NCBI GenBank assembly: GCA_018696595.1
Contig: JABHQW010000004.1
Span: 1-52,255, forward strand
Source of the DNA: Candidatus Woesearchaeota archaeon
Lineage (GTDB): Archaea > Nanobdellota > Nanobdellia > Woesearchaeales > GW2011-AR9
DNA: 52,255 nt
Direction: 5' to 3'
Position numbers and translations under genes: made by a program. Position 1 is the first letter of the stretch; every line of letters begins with the position of its first letter. Below are positions 27,606 through 36,732 of the stretch, one piece after another. Under the pieces are notes generated by a model that was given only the letters and a program-made list of their open reading frames with translations, was not told the DNA's origin and did not search any database.

Positions 27606-29555
27606 ATGAAAAAGATTGTGTGGTTATTGTTACTATTATTACTCCCGTTAGCTTTAGCAGAAGAAAACCTTTACTTGTACGATTCTTTAAACTTACAATT
27701 AGATGTTAATGGAGAGTTTACTTTAATTGCAGATGGCGGTTCTCCTTCTGTTCAACAAGTAAAAGCAGAAATGTTATTGTTTCCAAAAGACAATGGCCAA
27801 CAAGAAATTATAAAACTAAACACAGAAGGAGAAGTAAATGAGAATGAAATTACTTTTAATTGGAATGATAAACAGTTAGGGAAAAAAGAATTCTCTTATT
27901 CATCAGAGATTGAAACTAAAAACACGAGAACAAAAGTTAAAACAGAAATCCCTTTCCCATTAACAGGAATTGATAAGTACAAAGAGTATATTCTCTCATC
28001 AGAAACTATTGATTCTGACCATCCAAAAATTATTGCTAAAGCAACAGAACTGATTGAAGGGGAAGATGATGCTTTCAAAGCAGCATTTAAATTAGCAAAC
28101 TGGGTGGAAGAAAATGTTGAATATGACTTAAGTACATTAAATGCAGAAACCTCTCAGAAAGCATCATGGGTGTTAGAAAATAGAAACGGGGTTTGTGATG
28201 AGATGACTTCTTTGTTTGTTGCTATGGCTCGAGCTGTAGGCATCCCCGGAAGATTTGTTTCAGGAATCTCTTATACCACTTCAGAATTATTTGATGAGAA
28301 CTGGCAACCGCACGGATGGGCAGAGATTTATCTCCCAGAGTATGGATGGGTAAGTTTTGACATAACATTTGGAGAATATGGTTATGTTGACGTAACTCAT
28401 GTTAAATTAAGAGATAGCCAAGATCCTGCTGAAGCAGCTACAAAGTATGAATGGTTAGCAAACAATGTTAATTTAGAAACAAAGCAGTTAGATTATTCAT
28501 TAGAAATATTAGGTAAAGGAAATATTGAAACTGAAGAAATTTTGTTAGAACAAGAATTACTTTCAACAGAAGTTGGTTTTGGAAGTTATAATTTAGTTAA
28601 AGGAATTCTTAAGAATACTGCAGATTATTATGTAGCAACAACCCTCAGATTAGCAGTTCCGAAAGAGATTCAGATTATTGGGGACAATAAAAGAACAATC
28701 TTGTTACATCCAAAAGAAGTTAGAGAAACTTATTGGACTGTAAGTGTTCCAAAGAACCTAAATGATAAATATGAATACTCATTTCCAACAATAATTTATT
28801 CAGAGAAGAATGTTACTGTACAAGATTTATTTAAGGCAGGAGTTGACAAGGCAACGTATTCAGAAGAAGAAATTAAAGAACTAACTGTTCAAGATGAAGA
28901 GAAGGTTTATTCAAGAAAGGTTTCATTTAATTGTAATTATCCAAAAGAGATTAAGATTAATGAAAAATCAAAAATAACTTGTTCTGTAAAAAATAGTGGA
29001 AATACTAATTTAGATCAAGTAAAGTTCTGTTTAGCAGAAAATTGTAAAACAATTAACTTACCAATTAATCAATTGGAAACAATGGAAAAGGAAGTAGAAG
29101 GAACAGAAGTTGGTTGGAACAAATTAATTATTAGTGCTGAAAGTTCTGAGATTGAAAAAAAGTCAGCGATTGAGTTTCTAGTTTTAGATGCCCCAGAATT
29201 AGAAATAGATGTCCAATATCCAGAAGAAATTAATTATGGGGACTTGTTTAATTTAAATTTGATCTTAGAACAAAAATCATTCTCAAATCCGCAAGAGATT
29301 GTCATCACGGTAACAGGTTTAGGAATTGAAAATAAATGGACGATCGATAAGATAATTGAAAAAGAAGAATTGGCCTTAGAACTAGATACAAACAAAATCA
29401 GTACCAACAATAAATTCAAGATAACCACAATGTGGAAAGACAAAGAAGGAAAACTTTACTCTGACCATAAAGAAATAGAAATTAAAGGTAAAGGAAACAA
29501 TTTCTCAGAAAAAGTTAAAATGTTTTTGAATAAGATTATCAACTTGTTTGTATAG
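27606..29555 (+). CDS. Secreted transglutaminase-like protein with C-terminal Ig/CARDB-like region
   Basis: Signal peptide; Cys-His-Asp triad GVCDEM, PHGWAE, SFDIT. Confidence 0.85.
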   Translation: MKKIVWLLLLLLLPLALAEENLYLYDSLNLQLDVNGEFTLIADGGSPSVQQVKAEMLLFPKDNGQQEIIKLNTEGEVNENEITFNWNDKQLGKKEFSYSSEIETKNTRTKVKTEIPFPLTGIDKYKEYILSSETIDSDHPKIIAKATELIEGEDDAFKAAFKLANWVEENVEYDLSTLNAETSQKASWVLENRNGVCDEMTSLFVAMARAVGIPGRFVSGISYTTSELFDENWQPHGWAEIYLPEYGWVSFDITFGEYGYVDVTHVKLRDSQDPAEAATKYEWLANNVNLETKQLDYSLEILGKGNIETEEILLEQELLSTEVGFGSYNLVKGILKNTADYYVATTLRLAVPKEIQIIGDNKRTILLHPKEVRETYWTVSVPKNLNDKYEYSFPTIIYSEKNVTVQDLFKAGVDKATYSEEEIKELTVQDEEKVYSRKVSFNCNYPKEIKINEKSKITCSVKNSGNTNLDQVKFCLAENCKTINLPINQLETMEKEVEGTEVGWNKLIISAESSEIEKKSAIEFLVLDAPELEIDVQYPEEINYGDLFNLNLILEQKSFSNPQEIVITVTGLGIENKWTIDKIIEKEELALELDTNKISTNNKFKITTMWKDKEGKLYSDHKEIEIKGKGNNFSEKVKMFLNKIINLFV

Positions 29556-29591
29556 AATTTAAAAAAATAGAAAAAAAATAAAGAATTAAGT

Positions 29592-30107
29592 TTATCTTTT
29601 CTTCCTTCGTCGAGTTACGGCTGCTTTTTTGCCCGCTTTTCTTCGAACTGCAGTCTTTTTCTTTCGAGTTGCTGCTGCTTTCTTGCCAGCTCTCTTTCTT
29701 ACTGCTGTTTTTCTCTTCTTAGTTGCTGCGCCTTTCTTAGCTGCTGCTTTTCTTTTAACGGTTTTTCTCTTTCGAGTTGCTGCTGCTTTTTTACCGGCTG
29801 CACTTCTTTTAGCCTTAGAAGTCTTCTTTTTAACAGGTTTCTTCTTAGCTACTTTCTTTTTTACAACTTTCTTCTTAACAGCTTTTCTTTTAACCGCTTT
29901 TTTCTTTGCAACTTTCTTCTTAACAGCTTTTCTTTTAACTGCTTTTTTCTTTGCAACTTTCTTCTTAACTACTTTTTTCTTAACTGCCTTTTTCTTGACC
30001 GCTTTTCTTTTCACTGCCTTCTTCTTAACTACTTTTTTCTTAACAGCTTTCCTTTTAACAACTTTTTTCTTAACTACTTTCCTCTTTTTTACAACTTTTT
30101 TAGCCAT
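29592..30107 (-). CDS. Histone H1-like / Hc2-like Lys-rich repeat protein (171 aa)
   Basis: Start ATG 30107 after GAGGTG; K(K/R)K(A/V)V pentapeptide repeats, then four KKAAAT-type repeats. Confidence 0.85.
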   Translation of the reverse strand: MAKKVVKKRKVVKKKVVKRKAVKKKVVKKKAVKRKAVKKKAVKKKVVKKKVAKKKAVKRKAVKKKVAKKKAVKRKAVKKKVVKKKVAKKKPVKKKTSKAKRSAAGKKAAATRKRKTVKRKAAAKKGAATKKRKTAVRKRAGKKAAATRKKKTAVRRKAGKKAAVTRRRKKR

Positions 30108-30317
30108 CGTCACACCTCTTTGATTTGTTTTAAGTAAAGAGAAGCAATTTTTGTTTATAAATGTTTCTTTTTTGTAACTGAAAATAAAAAAGTAAAAACA
30201 CAAATTAATTTTTTTCAAAAAATAAATTCCGCCCCAGAACAATTATTAACGACGACAAAAACAAAAAGTAGATTTTATAGAAAAGTTTTTAATAAAACGA
30301 AACAATTTGTATTAATA

Positions 30318-31721
30318 ATGATAATTGAAAAATATTTTGATGAACAAACAATGAGTGTGCACCTTAGAGAGAACGCTTTTCCTACTGCGAAGAAAGGTTT
30401 TCCTGGCAATTGGAAGATTGAAAGAATAGACGATAAAGAACTTTCGCAACAAGAGATGAAAGAATTAGCACAAGACATTTTTGATTCAACAGAAAATAAC
30501 GAAAATTATTTTTTAGAAATTGAAAGAGCAGGAAGCACAATCGTTCAAGCGGGTGTTTATCGAATTGTAATTACAAAAATTCCGTTCAGTGATGGTTTTG
30601 AGATTACAGCAGTAAAACCAGTAGCAAAACTAAGTTTTGAAGATTATGACTTTGAAGAAAAGTTAGAAAAAAGAATTCTTGAACAAGCATCTGGAATTTT
30701 AATTTCTGGTTCTCCTGGAGATGGTAAAACAACAATTGCTAGAGCCCTAGCAGAACACCTAGCCTCTTTAGGAAAAATTGTAAAAACAGTTGAATCACCG
30801 AGAGACATGTTGTTAAGTCCAAACATCACCCAATATTCTTTAAATCATGGAGAAAGAGGAGAGATTCATGATGTTTTGTTATTATCTCGTCCAGATAATA
30901 CTTTCTTTGATGAAATGCGAAGCACAGAAGATTTTCAGTTATTTGCAGATTTAAGATTAGCAGGGATTGGGATGGTCGGAATTGTTCATGCTACAAACCC
31001 GATTGATGCAATTCAAAGATTTATTGGCAGAATTGAAATGGGAATTATTCCGCAAGTTATTGATACTGTTATATTTGTTAGACATGGGGCAGTTAGTAAA
31101 GTTTTAGAACTAAAAATGAAAGTTAAAGTTCCGAGTGGGATGACAGAAGCAGATTTAGCTCGGCCAGTTATTGAAGTTAGAGATTTCTCTTCAAGTAAAT
31201 TAGAATTTGAGATTTATTCTTATGGGGAACACACTGTTGTGATTCCTGTTGAAAATAAGACCAGGAAAGTGGTTTGGGATTATGCTGCAGATACATTAAG
31301 AGCTTATTTTAAAAGTTACTCGACAGAATGCGTGATTGAGTTTGTTGATGATAGCAAAATCAAGTTATTTATTCCTTCTGCGGAGATTTCTAAGATTATT
31401 GGTCCGAATGGCAAAGAAATATCTAAAATTGAGAAAGAATTAGGGTTAAAGATTGACGTTCAACAAATAACTTCTGAACAAAAAAGTAAAAAGTTTTCTA
31501 AAGAAATTGATTTTGATATTGAACAAGGCAAGAAAAACATAATTTTTCATTTGCAAAAGAAATTGAAAGACCAGGAAGTCGGAATTTTTGATGATGAAGA
31601 TTTACTTGTTCGTACACTTGTTAGCAAAAAAGGAGCGATTAAAGTAAGTCGTAAAGGTGCAGTTGGTAAAGCTGTTGAGAATGCCGTTGCGGGAAAACGA
31701 GCGAGAATTATGAAGGTTTAG
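30318..31721 (+). CDS. PINA/MJ1533-like ATPase with KH domain, lacking the N-terminal PIN domain
   Basis: FDEQTMSVHL, GSPGDGKTT, ESPRD, LLLSRPD, DEMR, GIVHA, C-terminal KH IIGPNG. Confidence 0.85.
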   Translation: MIIEKYFDEQTMSVHLRENAFPTAKKGFPGNWKIERIDDKELSQQEMKELAQDIFDSTENNENYFLEIERAGSTIVQAGVYRIVITKIPFSDGFEITAVKPVAKLSFEDYDFEEKLEKRILEQASGILISGSPGDGKTTIARALAEHLASLGKIVKTVESPRDMLLSPNITQYSLNHGERGEIHDVLLLSRPDNTFFDEMRSTEDFQLFADLRLAGIGMVGIVHATNPIDAIQRFIGRIEMGIIPQVIDTVIFVRHGAVSKVLELKMKVKVPSGMTEADLARPVIEVRDFSSSKLEFEIYSYGEHTVVIPVENKTRKVVWDYAADTLRAYFKSYSTECVIEFVDDSKIKLFIPSAEISKIIGPNGKEISKIEKELGLKIDVQQITSEQKSKKFSKEIDFDIEQGKKNIIFHLQKKLKDQEVGIFDDEDLLVRTLVSKKGAIKVSRKGAVGKAVENAVAGKRARIMKV

Positions 31722-31771
31722 GCTATTTTCTCAAAACCTTTAAATATATACTCTAGTAAATAGATAAAACT

Positions 31772-32989
31772 ATGGCTAACGAAGACACAAAGAAAAAAGT
31801 AGTATACTCAGAAACAATTGAATTAGATGATTTAGAAACAGAAAACAAAGCATTATTAGAAACTGTTGACCAACTTGAAGAAGAAAAGAAATTATCAGAT
31901 GTTCATGTTCGAAGGATGGAAGAAGAAACAGTAATGTTAAAAGAATTATTTAATAAAACAAGTTCTGAATTAAGTAACCTAAAGAAACCATCTTTGTTAG
32001 TTGCAGATGTAATCACTACAGACAAAGACCATAAAGCTGTAATTAAATTACCTAACGGCAACAAGTTTTATTGTAACATTTCTAACGAGATCTCAGAACT
32101 ATTTCCTGGAGATTCTGTATTAGTAGAACAAAAAGCATTGAATATTGTTAAAAGAATTGATTTAGGAGAAAACCAAGAAGTTGAAAAGTTTGTAATCATG
32201 GAAAAACCTAAAGAAAACTGGAAAGATATTGGTGGATTAAAAGAAGAAATTGAAGAAATTAAAGAAGTTATTGAATTACCTCTTAAGAAACCAGAACTGT
32301 TTAAGAAAGTCGGTATTAAACCACCAAAAGGAGTATTATTATATGGCCCACCTGGAACTGGTAAGACTTTACTCGCCAAAGCAGTTGCTCAAAGTACAAA
32401 CGCAACTTTTATTGAAGTTGTTGGATCCGAATTAGTTCAAAAGTTTATTGGAGAAGGAGCAAAGTTGATTAAAGAAATCTTTAATTTAGCTAGAAGAAAA
32501 GCACCTTCAATTGTTTTTATTGATGAAATTGATGCTCTTGCTGCTAAAAGAATGGAAACTGGAACTTCTGGAGAAAGAGAAGTTAATAGAACTTTCATGC
32601 AGTTACTTGCAGAGTTAGATGGATTCAAATGTTTAGATGAAGTTAAAATTATTGGTGCAACTAATAGAATAGATATTCTAGATCATGCTATGATTCGTCC
32701 TGGCCGTTTAGACAGATTAATTGAAGTTAGCTTACCAGATGCTTCCGGCAGATTAGAAGTTCTTAAAGTTCATACCAAAGAGATGAATTTACAGAAAGTT
32801 AAATTGAAAGAGTTATCTGAGTTAATGGAGAACTTTTCTGGAGCGGAAGTTCGAGCAGTTTGTACAGAAGCAGGCTACTTTGCTATTCGGAATGATCGGG
32901 ACCATGTTGGTCAAGACGATTTCTTAATGGCGATTGATAAAGTTCGGATGGAAGAGGAAGAAGAAGATAACGGTGGGTTCTTTGGATAA
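31772..32989 (+). CDS. pan: Proteasome-activating nucleotidase
   Basis: Coiled coil + OB + AAA (GPPGTGKT, VQKFIGEG, FIDEID, RPGRLDR); C-terminus FFG. Confidence 0.95.
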   Translation: MANEDTKKKVVYSETIELDDLETENKALLETVDQLEEEKKLSDVHVRRMEEETVMLKELFNKTSSELSNLKKPSLLVADVITTDKDHKAVIKLPNGNKFYCNISNEISELFPGDSVLVEQKALNIVKRIDLGENQEVEKFVIMEKPKENWKDIGGLKEEIEEIKEVIELPLKKPELFKKVGIKPPKGVLLYGPPGTGKTLLAKAVAQSTNATFIEVVGSELVQKFIGEGAKLIKEIFNLARRKAPSIVFIDEIDALAAKRMETGTSGEREVNRTFMQLLAELDGFKCLDEVKIIGATNRIDILDHAMIRPGRLDRLIEVSLPDASGRLEVLKVHTKEMNLQKVKLKELSELMENFSGAEVRAVCTEAGYFAIRNDRDHVGQDDFLMAIDKVRMEEEEEDNGGFFG

Positions 32990-33429
32990 TGAAAGAAGAA
33001 TGTTGTAATATTTTTGAAGTATTTGATGAAGAAAATAATTTAATTAAAGAATACACCCATTGGAAACTATTACTAAGAAAGAAAAACACTAAACTTGGTG
33101 CCTGTGTATTAATCACAAAAAGGCACTTAGAAAGATTCTCAGATACGAATAATGAAGAGATGTTAGAGTTTGGAGCAATAGTAAAAGAAGTAGAAAATGC
33201 TTTAAAGAAATCATTCAATTATGATAAGATTAATTGGTTAATGTTAATGATGAAAGATAAACATACTCACTTCCATATAATGCCAAGATACAATGAATCT
33301 AAGACTTTTACTGAAAGAGAATGGAAAGATGAAGAGGGACCAAATCCATTGATTCAAAAGTTAGTAGAACCAATCCCACAAGATATTCTAAACCAAATAA
33401 AAGCAGAAATCAAGAAAAACCTTAATTAA
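32989..33429 (+). CDS. HIT family hydrolase
   Basis: HTHFHIMPR histidine triad. Confidence 0.9.
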   Translation: MKEECCNIFEVFDEENNLIKEYTHWKLLLRKKNTKLGACVLITKRHLERFSDTNNEEMLEFGAIVKEVENALKKSFNYDKINWLMLMMKDKHTHFHIMPRYNESKTFTEREWKDEEGPNPLIQKLVEPIPQDILNQIKAEIKKNLN

Positions 33430-33457
33430 ATCTTAATTCTTCAAAGTTTATGGGCGC

Positions 33458-33510
33458 TCAGCAGTTACTTCCGTCTGGCATAGAGCCATTGGTGTTCACT
33501 TAATCATCAC
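33458..33510 (-). ncRNA. Candidate box C/D guide sRNA
   Basis: Perfect C box GTGATGA and D box CTGA spanning 53 nt in a GC-enriched intergenic stretch; TTTATAAG about 40 bp upstream; C'/D' boxes unclear. Confidence 0.45.
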
Positions 33511-33647
33511 GCTTTCCACACTTTAATAGTTGATTCTTAGCCGTACTTATAAATTTTTATGAGGAAAGTTTATAAAATAAACAAACAATACTAGACAAAA
33601 GTTAACTAGAATACAAAGAATTTATTTTAGTCGGAGGAAAAAGTAAA

Positions 33648-34139
33648 ATGGAAGGAACAGTAAAGTTTTTTAACAGAAGAAAAGGATTTGGTTTTGTGAG
33701 CGGAGATGACGGCAAAGATTATTTTGTACATTTCACTGCGCTTGGAGAAGGAACATTTCTAAGAGACAATGACAGAGTATCTTTTGAAGCCGCAGAAGGT
33801 GAAAGAGGATTAAAAGCTGAGAAAGTAGCTTTATTAGAAAAAGCATCTGACCGATCAGACTTACCTGCTGAAGAAGGATCTGAAGCCCCTGCTGAAGAGA
33901 CAACTGAAGAAGCTCCTGCTCAAGAAGAAGCTGCACCTGAAGCTGAAGAAGCTGCTGCTGAGGAAACAACCGAAGAAGAAGCTGCACCCGCTGAAGAAGC
34001 TCCTGTCGAAGAAGAATCTGCTCCGGAAGAAGAAACTCCTGCAGAAGAACCTGCTCAAGAAGAAACCCCAGCTGAAGAGCCTACCGAAGAACCGAAGGAA
34101 GAAGAAGCACCAGTTGAAGAAGAAAAGAAAGAAGAATAA
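33648..34139 (+). CDS. Cold-shock domain protein with long acidic E/A/P-rich tail
   Basis: MEGTVKFFN, KGFGFV (RNP1), DYFVHF (RNP2); GGAGG RBS. Confidence 0.93.
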   Translation: MEGTVKFFNRRKGFGFVSGDDGKDYFVHFTALGEGTFLRDNDRVSFEAAEGERGLKAEKVALLEKASDRSDLPAEEGSEAPAEETTEEAPAQEEAAPEAEEAAAEETTEEEAAPAEEAPVEEESAPEEETPAEEPAQEETPAEEPTEEPKEEEAPVEEEKKEE

Positions 34140-34168
34140 TTCTTTTAAATTTTTATTTTTTTATTTAT

Positions 34169-35194
34169 TTATTTTCTTAATATCTTTATATCAAAACAAA
34201 CCCTATAAACACTAGGAGAAAATTGCCCACATTTAACTTTACGTAAAATCCTACATCTCTTCTTGTTCTTCTTACAGATCTCGCGAATATTTTTAGCCAC
34301 TACAGCAAACTCAGCTTCAGATAAAAAATCGTATAAATGAACCACACCATTATCTTTAATTTTCTTTAAAGCTAATCCCAAGAACTGATCTCCTGTTTTA
34401 GGAAGGGGCATTGAGATTCGATCAAACTTTTTACGAACCTTAGGCAGAAGATCCCGAACATCCCCATTGAAAATAGCAACTCGACTATCCAGCCGATTTA
34501 ATGAAACATTTGTTAAAGCATATTGGTGAGCAAGTGAATTCATTTCAATCCCATAAATTAATTTAGCAGAAGAATTCTTTGCAATCACTAAAGGAAACGG
34601 AGCAGCACCAGAAAACATTACTAAAACTTCTTCTTTCGGTTTAACAAGACGGGCAATTCTTAACCGCTCATTTGCAGACCGAGCAGAAAAATAAGTTTTT
34701 TCTAAATCTAACTTGATTTTTACACCATTTTCAAAATGAATTGTTTCTTTGCTTCTCTTGCCAGCAAGGATTTTAACTTTTCTTAACCTAAACTCACCAG
34801 AATGAATTTTATCTTTCTTAACCACCGTTTCAATATTGTGGTTCTGTTTCAAGTAAGCTTGAGCAATAAGTTTTTCCTTTTTTTTAAGTTCATCAGGAAC
34901 TTCAAGAACCATAATCTTTCCTACAACTTCTAAAGACCGAGGGATTAATTTCATTTCTTTGGCTGTTAGTTTCCCTTTCAACAATTCATCAATCGTTGCA
35001 TGTTTTTCTTTTTTAGGAAATTTAAATTTGGTGTTAACAACTTTAGCCTTAGGAACTTTCATTTTCTTAACAATAGGAAAATAAATATAACCTAATTCTT
35101 TAACTACAAGATAATCTGGATGGGTCAACTTCTTAGCCACTAAGAAATTCTTGACTTTCTGGGCATTCTTTAATTCAGTGTAAGCTGCTAACAT
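34169..35194 (-). CDS. trm5: Trm5/Taw2-family tRNA methyltransferase
   Basis: EVVGKIMVL, YFSARSANERLR, VMFSGAAPF, MPLP; start moved to ATG 35194. Confidence 0.85.
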   Translation of the reverse strand: MLAAYTELKNAQKVKNFLVAKKLTHPDYLVVKELGYIYFPIVKKMKVPKAKVVNTKFKFPKKEKHATIDELLKGKLTAKEMKLIPRSLEVVGKIMVLEVPDELKKKEKLIAQAYLKQNHNIETVVKKDKIHSGEFRLRKVKILAGKRSKETIHFENGVKIKLDLEKTYFSARSANERLRIARLVKPKEEVLVMFSGAAPFPLVIAKNSSAKLIYGIEMNSLAHQYALTNVSLNRLDSRVAIFNGDVRDLLPKVRKKFDRISMPLPKTGDQFLGLALKKIKDNGVVHLYDFLSEAEFAVVAKNIREICKKNKKRCRILRKVKCGQFSPSVYRVCFDIKILRK

Positions 35195-35246
35195 AATTCC
35201 AATTAAAGAATAAAGATTTATAAAATTAACTAGTATTCTTGTCAAT

Positions 35247-36077
35247 ATGAAAAAGAGAACGAAGAAGAAATTAGCAAAATTTGGTAAAAAAACAGCTAAA
35301 GCAGTTATTACTGCACCTTTCAAAGGCCTCTGGTGGCTAACTAAAAAATCTTATTCTGGAGGTAAAAGTGTAATAGTCAAAACTAAAACTAAAGTTGAAG
35401 AGAAAAAAGTAGCAAAGAAGAAACCCAAAACCCAAGCAAAGTATGATTCATTAAAAGAATTAAGGTTAAAAAAAGGAAAGCTGCCACATTTTGAGAATAA
35501 ACTATACAATAACAAAAGTACAATTGGATTAATTCTAGGAGCTAGAGGGACAGGAAAATCTGCTATTGGAATGCGGTTATTAGAGAATTTCAAAGCTAAA
35601 ACAGATAAGCAAATTTATGCCCTTGGATTTAAAGATGAATCTTTACCTGATTGGATTAAAGCAATTGGAAACATTGAAGAAATTAAAAATAATTCTGTTA
35701 TTTTAATCGATGAAGGAGGGGTTGAATTCTCTTCAAGAAAAGCAATGAGTGGCGCCAACACATTTTTATCAGAATTATTGTTAATCGCCAGACATAAAGA
35801 CTTGTCTGTAATATTCATCACCCAAAATTCTTCTAATCTAGAAATTAATGCCATTCGACAAGCAGATTACTTAGTCATGAAACCAAGCTCTTTGTTACAG
35901 AAAGATTTTGAACGGAAAAAGATTAAAGATGTTTATTCTCAAGTTGATAAAGATTTTGAAGAATTAAATGACCCAGGGTTAACTTACATTTATGCTAACA
36001 ATTATTTAGGGTTTGTTTCTAACTCGTTACCCAGTTTCTGGAGTGATAAAGTCAGTAAAGGTTATTCTAAAAGGTAA
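35247..36077 (+). CDS. Zot-like / FtsK-HerA-superfamily P-loop ATPase
   Basis: Walker A GARGTGKS, Walker B ILIDE, ARHK, FITQ. Confidence 0.75.
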   Translation: MKKRTKKKLAKFGKKTAKAVITAPFKGLWWLTKKSYSGGKSVIVKTKTKVEEKKVAKKKPKTQAKYDSLKELRLKKGKLPHFENKLYNNKSTIGLILGARGTGKSAIGMRLLENFKAKTDKQIYALGFKDESLPDWIKAIGNIEEIKNNSVILIDEGGVEFSSRKAMSGANTFLSELLLIARHKDLSVIFITQNSSNLEINAIRQADYLVMKPSSLLQKDFERKKIKDVYSQVDKDFEELNDPGLTYIYANNYLGFVSNSLPSFWSDKVSKGYSKR

Positions 36078-36079
36078 AA

Positions 36080-36724
36080 ATGGATCAAAATTTATTTGAA
36101 CAAAAATATATGGAAAAGTCGTGGAAAATTAAAAAAAATCCTTATCAAAAATATATCATTGAGGAATCAGTCAAGAAATGGGCACAATTCCTTAAAGAAA
36201 AAAAGATTAAAGGTAAATTGTTAGATGTTGGTTGTGGCAATGGTAAAAATTCAGTTTACTTTGCTCAAAAAGGATTTAAAGTATTAGGGGTTGATTTTAC
36301 TAAGGAAGCAATTAACTTGTCTCAGAAATATGCAAACACAAAGAAATCTTCTGCAAAATTTGAAATTAAAGATATAACAAAAAAACAATTTAATAATGAA
36401 AAAGAATATGAGGTTGTAATTGATTGTGGTTGTTTACATCATTTAAGAAAAAAATATTGGAACCAATATAAAAAAAACATTTTGAGATTAATTAAAGAGA
36501 AAGGATATTTTTATTTACATGGATTTAGTGTTAATAGCAAGAAAATAGATAATGTTTCTAAAAAAAGAAATTGGGTTGTTAGAAAAGGACACTACACTCA
36601 CTTTTTTTCAATAAAAGAAGTTCAAGATTTATTTGGCAAAGATTTCAAGATTATTGAAACCTACGAATTTAAAAATCTTAATAATAAGTTTATAGTTAGA
36701 ACATTTTATATGCAAAGAATTTAG
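36080..36724 (+). CDS. Class I SAM-dependent methyltransferase (TehB-like)
   Basis: LLDVGCGNGKN, GVDFT, VIDCGCLHH. Confidence 0.88.
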   Translation: MDQNLFEQKYMEKSWKIKKNPYQKYIIEESVKKWAQFLKEKKIKGKLLDVGCGNGKNSVYFAQKGFKVLGVDFTKEAINLSQKYANTKKSSAKFEIKDITKKQFNNEKEYEVVIDCGCLHHLRKKYWNQYKKNILRLIKEKGYFYLHGFSVNSKKIDNVSKKRNWVVRKGHYTHFFSIKEVQDLFGKDFKIIETYEFKNLNNKFIVRTFYMQRI

Positions 36725-36732
36725 AAACATAA

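Noticed and set aside
29629-30123. 164-aa + strand ORF rich in F/L/T/A
   Set aside because: Antisense shadow of the Lys-rich repeat gene; no RBS and typical reverse-complement composition
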